64,000 nucleotides of DNA from Phoronis australis (lineage: Eukaryota > Animalia > Phoronida): positions 540,669 through 604,668 of the forward strand of contig NMRA01000171.1 of assembly GCA_002633005.1 (NCBI GenBank), read 5' to 3'. Each line of letters opens with the position of its first letter. Positions within the stretch are counted from its first letter, which is position 1. The notes below the pieces were generated by a model, which was not told the DNA's origin, searched no databases, and worked only from the letters and a program-made list of their open reading frames with translations. The position numbers and the translations under genes were made by a program. Below are positions 55,501 through 64,000 of the stretch, in pieces.

Positions 55501-58500
55501 GCCTAGAACCAGCATCTAACTTTTAACCTCACAGCAGACAACAAACTCTAACGCAACTTGCATAATCATACCAGCATTCAGTGTCACTACCAAAACACCA
55601 TTTGTTTTTAATACTGAAAGCTTCACCTCAGGGTATACACGCGTGTATCCAAGCCTATACACCTTCCATTAGGTATATTCAAAACATTTTGTGTCGGGGC
55701 GAGATTTTATAAACATTGTAACATCGTGAACCTCATGTCATCCTTCATTTCACTGGGTTGCCAAAAGTTATTCATATTAACCTCAGCGGTGTCATATCCG
55801 TGGAAAATGGTTTTCCAATGTTCACATGAAATCTGATCAAACAGAAGAACCAAACGCGATATAAAACAAGTTCCACATCTGGACGCCTGTGGCGACAAAC
55901 GAACTTTGTGATGATATTACAGGAAAAGATAAGCCTTGTTATCTTGAGATGACACTTCAATGACATAACTTGTGCCGTGAGACAAATGCTAGAATTACTC
56001 CTCAAAGGGTTTTCCCACTAAGTTGATGCTTCGGTGCTTAGGGGAACATCGGACAGTGAGAATGCTTAAATTTGGTCTTGCATCAAGGTTAACAGTTTAC
56101 TTGGCAGTGACCAGATGGACTTAACAATAAAGTGTCACTAAAGTGACCACGTCAGTGTCCATCCAAATTATCAGTTGGGGTCACTGCTGTGAAAATGATG
56201 AAAGTCACAATGCGCCATATTGTGATAACTTCCATTGCGATAGTGACACTTAACAATAACTTCGATATCTATTAACTACTGAAGTAATTGGAAAGTCCAA
56301 TCAAACTTCACAGTTTACGTTGAGGCTTTGCTAGTACTGGACTGAACTTGGTAGGAAAGACCATAAATACAACTGATATGAAGTCCTTCTGAACACAATG
56401 TTTAGTAGCTGTTCTGCCTTCTGGTCCAAACATCCTATCTGCCTTATTACAAAAAATCACATATGAATGCTATACTTTGATGTATATTTCAAATGTTTTC
56501 CATTACAAACAGGAAAACTTATCTTGAATTCACACTATTCTTGCTGGTGTAAAATGGTCAGAGTAAAACGACCAACTATCCTCATCAACTCAGTGCTCAG
56601 ATTGCACACATTTGAATAGAGAATACAGAGATTTACAGAGAATAACATCCCAGTATTCAAATACATATTACACAGGTGGGAAACTGAGCCAAGGGTACGC
56701 TCTTTCCAACTAAGCCAGTTCCAAAGCTTATGTATGCTTATGTTAACAAAACAACGATGGATTTAAACCGACCTGAAAAGTTTTGGCGTTTATTAAAACA
56801 CCATCCTCAGAAGAAAAAAAAGTGGCCACCTTGCTAGACTCAACAACAAGTAATGATACACAGACACAGTCAGTTACAAGGGAGTAACAGTAGACTAAGA
56901 ATGACAACGTGTGGTGCACCAGCTGCCTATTGAGATTGGGCTTACACCAGTTGATATGTAGAGCCTCACGAAATTTCAGCTCCTTTATTGTTTCAGCTTA
57001 GTCTAGCAAGGTGACCACTGTTTTTTCTTCTGAAGACCGTGTTATGATAATTGCCGAAACATGTCAAGCCGGTTTAAATCCATCTTGGTTTTTATTAACA
57101 TATGCTACTAATGCATAGCTGTTAATGGTCCTGCTTTAGGCGAAACTGTCCCACCTTTTTAAGCTGTGTCCCACGTTCCAGCATGGCATCTCACTTTTTG
57201 ATATACGCGATGATACTATCTATCCTTATTGCCCTGTTCATCTCACAGGCAGGACTAGAAAAAACCCTGATGTTTCTGGGGACTCTTGTGAACAATTCCC
57301 TTTTGCAGTATCCTAGGCCTAGATGTTCTGCTTTTTCAATTTGGAATGTTAGCAACAATGTGTATATAAACTGGTGTCAGACAACAGCCCACACTTACCA
57401 GGCTCTTTGTCCACTTCAGGTTCTTGGTAGTAAAAGATGAGTAAAGAACTGCCCTTCTCGGCAAAGAACCTGTCCATTTGTTCAATCTGCAAGCAAAACA
57501 CGAGCTTACAACATGGCAGATTCTCATTTTAGAAACGTCAAATTTAATACACAGGATATTTTTTATGACCAAGAGTGTGAAGCGTACCGAATGTGGTGTG
57601 CCACATTGAGGGCCCCTATGGGATCTAATGCTTGACATGGATAAAGTTATCATCATTATAAAAAATCAAACACTGAATAGCAAAAATGTCAACTTTAATG
57701 CGATATGCAATGTGAAATTATGATCTTGCAACTCAGCTGAACCCATTCATATTCTTTATTGTATCAATGAAGTGATAGGTTTCAAAAGGAGACACCAGTT
57801 TTCATTAAAATGCTAATGAATGCAAAGTGCAGTCAACAACTATAGGAAACGACAGTTGATTCATAAATGATCAACAGCAAAATGTCAGCTAAATATTGAT
57901 CTTTTTCTTGCATGACGCTTAAAAAATTTTTAATGTCTACCTGTGTTCCATCCAGGATTGCATCTTCAACTTCAGATTTCTCAAGTCCCAAACTATTTGC
58001 AACTGTCTGTAGAACGTAATAATGAGTTTCTTCTAACTGTGCCCGCTTTGATTCGCGTTCTTCTTTCAGTTTTTGCTGTAAGGAATAACAAAATTAGTTG
58101 CAACTCGTGCCAAACACAGAAACGCCTTTCACAATTACGAAACGTTCCTCAACAAATCTCCTTGGCAACTGTCAAAGTACAAATATGATAACTAATGGCG
58201 CCAAAAAGTGAAAAATAATTCTAACAGAACATGTTGCAATAGCATATAATAAAAATGCAATTTCTATTTTTCCCTCAGAGACATATTCATGCTCGATCCA
58301 ATCTCAAACTATACTAAACTGTTTAAGCTAATGACCAAACTCTTGACTAATTGACTGTCATATCACAGATACCATCACATTGGCTACTGTCGCTAATCGA
58401 TTCATGATCCTTCTAAATCTCTCAATTTCCCAGACTCTACAAAAGCCCAACACAGACTTGTCAGAATCTACTGATACACCAAAGAAGATACATGCTATCA

Positions 58501-58918
58501 ACATTCAAGATTTCAATGAAATCTTATTTGAACACATAATAAGGTTTACGGGTCAGTAGGTGCCAGAACAGTGCAACCAGAACATATAATTTGTTAACAA
58601 TTAATGCACGCCGAGAGACCAAAGATCATCGCCCTTGGCATGAAGTAATGACAGTTATACCTGGATCAAGTAACAGAATCGATTAACAAACAGAGCCATC
58701 TCAATGCATATGATTAAATGATACTTTAAATCGCATTAAACTGGAATTCAATTTCAAAAATAGTGATTGAGAAGATGTACAACATTGAGAAAATGGCTGA
58801 TCAAAAGCTATATAACATCTTAACAGCCAAAACAGTCGCTTGAGATACGGCAAGAATAGTTCTGATCACAAATACATACTTTCCGTGCTGCCACTTGGCT
58901 GGCTAGCTTATCCGACAT
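4014..58918 (-). CDS. DNAH5: Axonemal outer-arm dynein heavy chain (gamma-type, DNAH5/DNAH8 family), 65 coding exons, ~4625 aa
   Basis: Exons in transcript order: 58880-58918 (or 59929-59973), 57941-58075, 57399-57486, 53365-53525, 52898-53093, 51925-52088, 51059-51235, 50152-50373, 49692-49823, 48846-49023, 48415-48551, 47747-47975, 47181-47359, 46647-46853, 45366-45683, 44678-44822, 43824-44090, 43003-43418, 42045-42246, 40926-41161, 40223-40441, 39423-39724, 38708-38948, 38274-38473, 36614-36767, 35916-36079, 34991-35198, 34220-34381, 33445-33669, 32869-33041, 32087-32453, 31117-31311, 30459-30755, 30040-30286, 29231-29613, 28426-28675, 27825-28102, 27082-27297, 26551-26781, 25947-26110, [25151-25273 or 24322-24444], 21981-22050, 20994-21247, 20264-20417, 19642-19806, 18967-19193, 18116-18234, 17548-17705, 16839-17129, 16228-16443, 15869-16006, 13799-13926, 13206-13374, 12298-12453, 11618-11956, 11096-11251, 10410-10612, 9403-9593, 8770-8891, 8005-8326, 7030-7256, 6442-6714, 5334-5966, 4906-5058, 4014-4400. 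All introns are GT-AG with consistent phases, and the sum is 13878 nt including TAG. P-loops: GPAGTGKT (AAA1), GPSGAGKT (AAA2), GEQGTAKT (AAA3, DNAH5/8-type), GVGGSGKQ (AAA4). The C-terminus is [18 protein letters not shown]5 versus DNAH8 cannot be resolved; it may be co-orthologous. Confidence 0.95.
6318..6429. repeat. 33-bp tandem repeat (~3.3 copies) next to the donor of exon 62
   Basis: atagcctccaatccgttaacattgttaatcaa repeated. An older ~105-bp duplication lies at ~6090-6300. Confidence 0.85.
7462..7676. mobile_element. MITE-like non-autonomous DNA element (family A, copy 1)
   Basis: Termini caggggtcccgtctaagaaaa / tttcttggaacgggccc. The internal sequence is homologous to 53696-53933. 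Confidence 0.75.
14159..15495. mobile_element. ~1.34-kb non-autonomous hAT-like DNA transposon with a 5-bp TSD (ATAAA)
   Basis: TIR cagggctcga / tcgagctctg. ATAAA sits directly before (14154-14158) and after (15496-15500). Subterminal gcgacc/ggtcgc repeats and a CpG-rich interior; no intact transposase ORF. Confidence 0.75.
20443..20496. repeat. 20-bp tandem repeat, about 3 copies
   Basis: tagaccaagaccattgaa(c/t)g repeated. Confidence 0.8.
21400..21530 (-). mobile_element. tRNA-derived SINE head (degenerate)
   Basis: Minus strand: A-box-like tggcctagtgagttaag and B-box-like ggactcaagtccc at tRNA-like spacing; no full cloverleaf. Confidence 0.5.
24104..24260. mobile_element. Small MITE with imperfect TIRs
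   Basis: gggctgggttgcataaaactt versus aactttcatgcaactgggccc (imperfect inverted termini). Confidence 0.6.
24322..24444 (-). CDS. DNAH5: Dynein heavy chain exon 41b (putative mutually exclusive variant B)
   Basis: ctcag|G...ATGAG|gtatta; 123 nt, phase 2-2; (R)[42 protein letters not shown] branch-like ctgac lies upstream. Confidence 0.85.
25151..25273 (-). CDS. DNAH5: Dynein heavy chain exon 41a (putative mutually exclusive variant A)
   Basis: ctag|G...CTGAG|gtaaaa; 123 nt, phase 2-2; (R)[41 protein letters not shown]. Not in the supplied ORF track. Confidence 0.88.
26430..26503 (-). mobile_element. Degenerate tRNA-derived SINE head
   Basis: Minus strand gtccagtggtt ... gagttcgaatcc (A/B-box-like). 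Confidence 0.4.
32010..32023. promoter_or_regulatory. Intronic RFX X-box-like motif
   Basis: GTCTCCATGGCAAC, a near-canonical X-box. Confidence 0.35.
32087..32453 (-). CDS. DNAH5: Dynein heavy chain exon 31, AAA1 Walker A/B
   Basis: [19 protein letters not shown]...[10 protein letters not shown], with canonical splice sites. Confidence 0.97.
35507..35764. mobile_element. Degenerate MITE related to family A
   Basis: Starts agggcccattccataaa...taagacacaaattt and ends tttttcatgaaacagac. Confidence 0.4.
36751..36942. repeat. 64-bp tandem triplication spanning the acceptor of exon 25
   Basis: Units start at 36751, 36815 and 36879: tgaagggggcattgtatctgggaacaagaacacagtgataca.aagaattgatatca.tctcac. 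Confidence 0.92.
40552..40623. repeat. (ATG/CAT)n trinucleotide microsatellite
   Basis: Intronic run of gatgatgat with tgg variants. It accounts for the spurious poly-His and poly-Ser ORFs. Confidence 0.95.
41273..41420 (+). mobile_element. 3' end of a DINE-1/HINE-like (Helentron-associated) non-autonomous element, abutting an N
   Basis: (GGAC)n microsatellite followed by the terminal stem-loop atgcgtccacatat-aa-atatgtgggcgcat (41386-41415) and an A-run. A related (GACA)n remnant lies at ~59700-59760. Confidence 0.55.
42466..42798 (-). other. Near-identical partial duplicate of exon 18 plus flank, ending at an N; probably a haplotype/assembly duplication
   Basis: 42466-42798 matches 42942-43274 (offset 476) with one visible mismatch (42515 c vs 42991 g). 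The copy stops at N 42799 and has no acceptor. Confidence 0.8.
45710..45818. repeat. ~25-bp tandem repeat, 4 copies
   Basis: agagagaatgatacaagtcattaaacc repeated. Confidence 0.85.
49035..49048. promoter_or_regulatory. Intronic RFX X-box-like motif
   Basis: ATTACCATAGCAAC. Confidence 0.3.
51671..51924. repeat. 12/13-bp minisatellite (~20 units) starting at the exon 6 donor
   Basis: (ccttgtggcccta)n on plus; on minus GTAAGGCCACAAG(GTAGGGCCACA[A]G)n. Confidence 0.95.
53696..53933. mobile_element. MITE-like element (family A, copy 2)
   Basis: ~25-bp inverted termini agcacaggggtacgttccaagaaaa / ttttcttggaacgggcccctgtgct. Shares gctaagacaaatc and ttttgactaactt...ggaagtt.caaagtttg with the 7462 copy. 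Confidence 0.8.
56736..57105 (-). mobile_element. 5'-truncated Penelope-like retroelement (GIY-YIG C-terminus plus inverted terminal repeat with hammerhead motif)
   Basis: Minus 56997->~56890 reads [33 protein letters not shown], the PLE endonuclease tail motif EAL.I....P.LN.Q. A ~105-bp imperfect inverted repeat spans 56736-56840 / 57000-57105. Confidence 0.8.
57027..57068 (+). ncRNA. Minimal type I hammerhead ribozyme motif (PLE-type, possibly degenerate)
   Basis: ctt-CTGAAGA-[stem II]-GAAAC-at-GTC-aag: core boxes intact, palindromic ACATGT stem III, stem I ctt/aag. Stem II is weakened. Confidence 0.6.
57399..57486 (-). CDS. DNAH5: Dynein heavy chain exon 3
   Basis: ttgcag|[30 protein letters not shown]|gtaagt; the FYYQ motif and phase 1 fit the exon ending at 53525. 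Confidence 0.9.
57941..58075 (-). CDS. DNAH5: Dynein heavy chain exon 2
   Basis: ttacag|[45 protein letters not shown]|gtagac matches the DNAH5 N-terminal EVEDAILEG motif. Confidence 0.9.
58156..58169. promoter_or_regulatory. RFX X-box-like motif near the 5' end of the dynein gene
   Basis: ATCTCCTTGGCAAC matches RTHNYY-WT-RRNRAC. A GTTGCCAAG half-site also lies beside the ATG at 58918. Confidence 0.45.
58880..58918 (-). CDS. DNAH5: Candidate first coding exon A ([13 protein letters not shown])
   Basis: caacATG start, 39 nt, phase-0 donor AAA|gtatgt in frame with exon 2. Confidence 0.6.
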
Positions 58919-59300
58919 GTTGTCAGTTGCCAAGTCTTAGATTTATCAAGTGACCTCTGAAGTCAGTTACTTGACACATACACATCAGGCTTCAGTGTTG
59001 ACACACAAACACCCTCATTAACACTACAGGTGAGTTAATTAATCCCAGTGTAACCTAACGCCTGACTCATGGTGATATCACAAAGTAAGTAGTACAGAGT
59101 AGATGCAGCATCAAATTTCAGTGTCAAATACTAATGGCTTCCTTAGAGTTCCCAATCCAGTCAGGTATTTGTTGTCAAGGACATTGCACATGTAAATACT
59201 GCATTATGGGCCAACAAAGCTCAAATGTAAACAGCCACATGATTGGCTGGATTTGTTGATCCAGCAAACACATCTTTATGCCAAAGATTATCTCACACCA

Positions 59301-59387
59301 CTTTATCAAAATAAACCTGTAGATATTATCCACTATAGACTAGGCTTTATCAAAATAAACCTGTAGATATTATCCACTATAGACTAG
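59301..59387. repeat. 44-bp direct tandem duplication
   Basis: ctttatcaaaataaacctgtagatattatccactatagactag occurs twice. Confidence 0.9.
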
Positions 59388-59928
59388 ACTTCAATAATAG
59401 AGTTTTTTGAAAACTAATCCATTAGAAGACAGATGTAATATAAATGTACTAAGAATGAACAGTGCCTTTAAAGGTTTGCTGTTTGTCAAATAAGATTAGA
59501 TTCGGATGAAGACAGTGCAGCTTTGAGAAAATACATCAATTTTGTTCCATACAACAAAATTTGCATCAAAAAGGTGAACAGAAAATCACAAAGCTGATAC
59601 CAGGTGGCCAATGTTGATTGCACTCTAGCAAATGATAAATCAAAAAGTCTATCGTTTTTTAAGTATTTGCGTATTTCCTGGAACAATCAAAATACTAACA
59701 GCGGAAGGATGGACAGACGGACAAAAAGACAGACAGACAGACAAAACATTAAAACTCTCCATTCCTATAAATATAAGCAACACTTCCTGCATTGAGTTTG
59801 ATCAAAAGGTTCAAGCAACCAAGTGCAGAGAAATGTGTGACAACTTGGACCACTTGGTGATACACAATAGGCAGCATTAAACAATATTGATCACCGTCAA
59901 CTAACTGTTCACACCACCATGCGCTCAC

Positions 59929-59973
59929 CTGTTCGCTTCTATTTATATCCATCTTTTCGACAGTCTGTATCAT
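59929..59973 (-). CDS. DNAH5: Candidate first coding exon B (MIQTVEKMDINRSEQ or MDINRSEQ)
   Basis: Two in-frame ATGs (59973, 59952) and a strong phase-0 donor CAG|gtgagc in frame with exon 2. Confidence 0.55.
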
Positions 59974-62900
59974 ACCCTTGGTAAAGAGCGCATCACTCGA
60001 AATGTGGGGAATATGATATTTTAATATATGTTTTAGTAGCAACCCTCGTCGTTTTATTTTTACCACCGTTAGTTTTACTATTTCATATTCTTATCCGTTG
60101 CACTACATTCCAGCATCTATTTGATTTATTTACCGCGATAAGGTGTGTTAAGTTGTCACAAGTGGGGCAAGTTGCAATAGTATATATAAATTTTCGCCAA
60201 TGTTGCTCCAACACTAATATTCGCACTATACAGGCTGAATTTTTCATCCAATTCACACGAAATTCACAAAAGAGCAGGAACCCTATTCTTTTTTGTCATG
60301 ATCGGATTTAAGATAGCAGACAATTGGTGACCATTTTGTTTTCAAATTCAAATTCATATTCAAATGCTAAAACAGGCCGCAAAGTTTTAGGTACAAGGCT
60401 GAAAATCGGCACAATTACTGTACCAGACGTATTCTACAGATGTGCCAGAAATCATTCACTTCCGATCAAAGATGGTTGAAATATCAGCCATTGCATATGG
60501 ACATCTCTATTTCAGGATGAAAACGTTTTGTTCTATAGAGGGTGCATTGTAAGACCAATCGCTTCAAAATTAATGTTAGTTTACCATTTGTGGCAAGCTA
60601 TTATCGAGTGTTGCTTAACCAGAAGTTTTTCTTCAAATGGCGGATCCGACGCATTTTCATCAATTTTCAATCATGCTGAGGTGCCAATTTGAACGAAAAA
60701 AGAAAATGACGTGAATTTTTGCAAGAGCATTTTCTAAGGTATGATATACTCTTTCAATCAATTTTTTACTCAGACTTACAATTTTCGAGTTATTTGACTT
60801 TCAATTTCAAAAAAATGCAAAACTTGAAATTTTTTTTTAATTTTGTGTAATTTTGTGAAACTAAGCGGTCAGAGAGTTTCGAACTGGCTTTCAGAAGATG
60901 TTTTCTATTTTTTGCTGCGACATCTCATTTTCGAATTATTCAGAATTTTCTGATGACGTTCCTTTCTTGACTGATTTTTTGCTGCACTTTTGTTGTTGAA
61001 CAAGACTATTTTTCATACTCATTTCTGACATCTTCATTCGTCACATGATTGTTATCATCATGTTCATCACTGCCACCACCACCATTGTCATCATCATCTC
61101 CACTGTCGTCTTTTCAGTCAATTTTTGTTCGCCAAGTGTCGCTCCCAGCCTCCGAGCGCTGTCATTTAGTGGCATCCACACAGCTCCCGAACCTTGCAAT
61201 AACTGGTTCTAGGAGTACCTTGTTCTAGGGTAAGTCTGTGTGTGGACAGCACTAAAGAGTGGTATGGGGTGAGAAGAACCAACCGCAGACTATAAGGTCT
61301 GTGTAACATGTTTGACATTTTTGACAGTGGCATAATTGAGGTTGAAACCAATAGGGGTTTATGCTTTCAGATGCTGGAAATAAATTTGTACATGGCAAAC
61401 TTCTTCAGTTAACAACAAAAATAATGGCTAAAGCTGTCTTCTACCTTTCAAGGATTGATAGCAAATGATGTAGGGCAGACCCATTGCAGCATGTGTTTTG
61501 GACACTTACACAGTACAAGCCATGCTCATGACAAAGTTTATGTACACTTTCGCTGAGGTGACTTCCACTTTTCAACCATATTGTGCATTAACAGTGAGAG
61601 AAAAGAATCACCTTTTGTCAACTGAACATTGCCAGGTCAAAAATAACAATGATCAAATGGAGGTTTAACCTTTATCCCTTGAAAACTCTGTAACAAAACC
61701 AATTAAAATCTGCTACAGAGCGATTTTTTATTACCAATACCCAACTGTTACAACAGTGAATGTTGTTAAAAGCACCAAAAAGTACAGAATAGGACTCCCC
61801 AGTAATAGTCTATAAGTCCTCTTTGGCCAGTGGACTTGACTTCCATGCCTTTGTGTGCACAAAATGTGTTCACTTTACCTCAGATAAGTGTCCATCCAAT
61901 TTTCTTGAAACTTTCCGGGCTATTTGTAAAAAAGCCATTTCTTCAAGGCCACTTCATCACACACACGCGTGCACAACACAAATCTCACGTCTTAAAATGA
62001 ACTAACGATGTCTTGGTAGACAGATTCACTGTAGGAGTACAGAAAGTCCAAACAAGAAGTATTTATTTTTCCCATTGTTTGGTTGCTATAAAACATCCAG
62101 CCGTGTAAAGAATTTTGTTTATTCTACACGCAGGTTTTTATGTGCTCATAGAATTACTAAACAATCACCGCTTTTAACAGTCGGGGATTAGCACTCAAAG
62201 TCTGCAATGTTAAACTGGACAAATGATTACTTTAACTGATACGAAAACAAATAGAAGTAATTTTGCAAAATGAGATAAAAGTGAATTGCATTTGAAAATT
62301 AGCAATTTACAAAATGATCAACTGGTTATACTCAATTCACTAGCCAAATTTTAGAACGGTGAACGCTTGCATCCTTCACAATTATTCAACTATAAATAAT
62401 TAATACACTTACAAGTCTAAACTATTTCCAATAATAACTTCATGAACAATAACAAAACAGCAATAACTGATAAGGTGGAACAAAACAATCACCATTATCT
62501 TAAGTCAAATCAGTTCATGTGTTTTCTAATAACAGTGATCTATTCAATCTACTGCATGGGTACATACATGTGAACTGCTTCTGATCTATACAATAGCGCA
62601 GCGTGTTTACAACATAGCAGTCGAACCCCTGAACTTTCCGTAAGAGGGCAATAGTACAGTCCTCGTGGTATTTACTCACAATGCTGTAACATCCCTTGAG
62701 CAGTTGTCTAACCTCATTTCGTCCCACTAGAATTTCTGGGGTTAATTGTTGGTGCTTTGCTTTTTTCAAGTTTTTCTCGGCTGCATTTATTTTATTTGAC
62801 CTTCCAATGCCAGCGAAGTTTTACTACGATGCAGTGGGCTGCAGAAAGTTGGATAAACAAGTGAAGTACCCATGGATGGAATATCTTCCAACATGATTCT

Positions 62901-64000
62901 TAGATTCAGCCCGACATTTGTAAAACAAGGCCAAAGAAACGATGTGTTTTTTTACGTCCAGGACAAAGACGATTTCTTTCCACGATCGTTCTGTTGACTT
63001 TGCACCACGTGAATATAAATTTTCAGCAGTGTAATTTAACAGCATTTCTTATTTTTTTTGCAGATACCATCTGTCACAAGACTAACAGTAGTACATAGTA
63101 ATGAAGTAAAGAGCAATCTGAGAATAAATTTGTCGACAAAAGTAAAGTTTTCAAGCACAAGGGACCACAGCTCCATTCCGGCTGTTCAGATATTATGACA
63201 TTATAATGAACTATTATCATATTACACAGAACCAAGTTTTGGATAAGTATAGAATTTATTCCGACTGAACACAAAAATGATCCAGTACCTCAAAATTCCA
63301 CGTGGGAGTCCTGGGCTTTCTATAAAGTTTTTCAGTTTGGTGCCTTGAGTCGCTTTCTGAAGCTTAGTTTCGATAAGTGGGAAAGGTTAACTCCGGTAGT
63401 TAATCTGCAAGCGAAACTGCTTAAAATAGGATTTAAAGGTGAACTTTGGTACTAACCGAATACTAAAAGCAAAGCGTCATTGAAGTTAACGGTAGAGGTC
63501 ACGGCAACGATCACGCTAGACTCACAAAAGGTGTTCTTTGTTACTGTAACGTAGCTGACACATTCTCAACAGACGGACATAAATAAATAAAAGAAATTAT
63601 ATTTGATAAAGAATAACACTGATCATTTTCAGAAACACTTGTAATTGGCAGGCGGACAACTTTCAGTAAGCCTTGAACCCACAGTTCAATATTCATTTGA
63701 GAGTACGAATAAACTACGTCGTCTGTTGTCATACCGATAACTTCGATATCGCTATTAAGTGGTGAAGCTTCGCTAAAGCGAAGTTCCCCTAATGAGAAAG
63801 TGCTTTTGGAGTTTCTAACCAAATTAACTGACTGTAATTTGAATACATCAAGTGAAATTTATTACATATTCTTCTTATTATTATTCATTATATGTTTAAT
63901 TAAACTATACAGTATTTAATTGTAGTTTCAATGCCAGAATTCATTAATTTCCAAAAACAAGCTGTAGAAGGTCTGTTACTATGCCCTCTCCTTCCCAAAA

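Noticed and set aside
55707-56005. ORFs in intron 3 as extra dynein exons
   Set aside because: Exon 3 joins exon 4 in frame without them, and they show no dynein similarity.
61000-61170. Acidic DDSGDDDDNGGGGSDEHDD stretch on the minus strand
   Set aside because: Low-complexity, bounded by stops, with no usable splice frame; it sits in a likely TE-derived region (~60150-61200) that I could not classify.
63541-63822. 93-aa minus-strand ORF
   Set aside because: No recognisable motif and no supported start or splice structure.

Overview
Eukaryotic (animal, probably invertebrate) AT-rich genomic DNA. Most of the window (4014-~59973, minus strand) is one apparently complete axonemal outer-arm dynein heavy chain gene, DNAH5/DNAH8-like. 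I could join 65 GT-AG coding exons into a 13,878-nt frame (4,625 aa). The last two coding exons of NDUFB9 (complex I B22 subunit) lie tail-to-tail on the plus strand at the left end. Top observations: (1) a pair of 123-nt, same-phase paralogous exons in the AAA3-lid region (25151-25273 / 24322-24444) that look mutually exclusive; (2) a G.U-rich long-range intronic pairing (25038-25137 with 22600-22717) that would loop out the second exon; (3) candidate alternative first coding exons; (4) a truncated Penelope-like retroelement with inverted hammerhead-ribozyme repeats in intron 3; (5) tandem repeats built from real splice donor and acceptor sites. All alignments and translations were done by eye, with no database searches.
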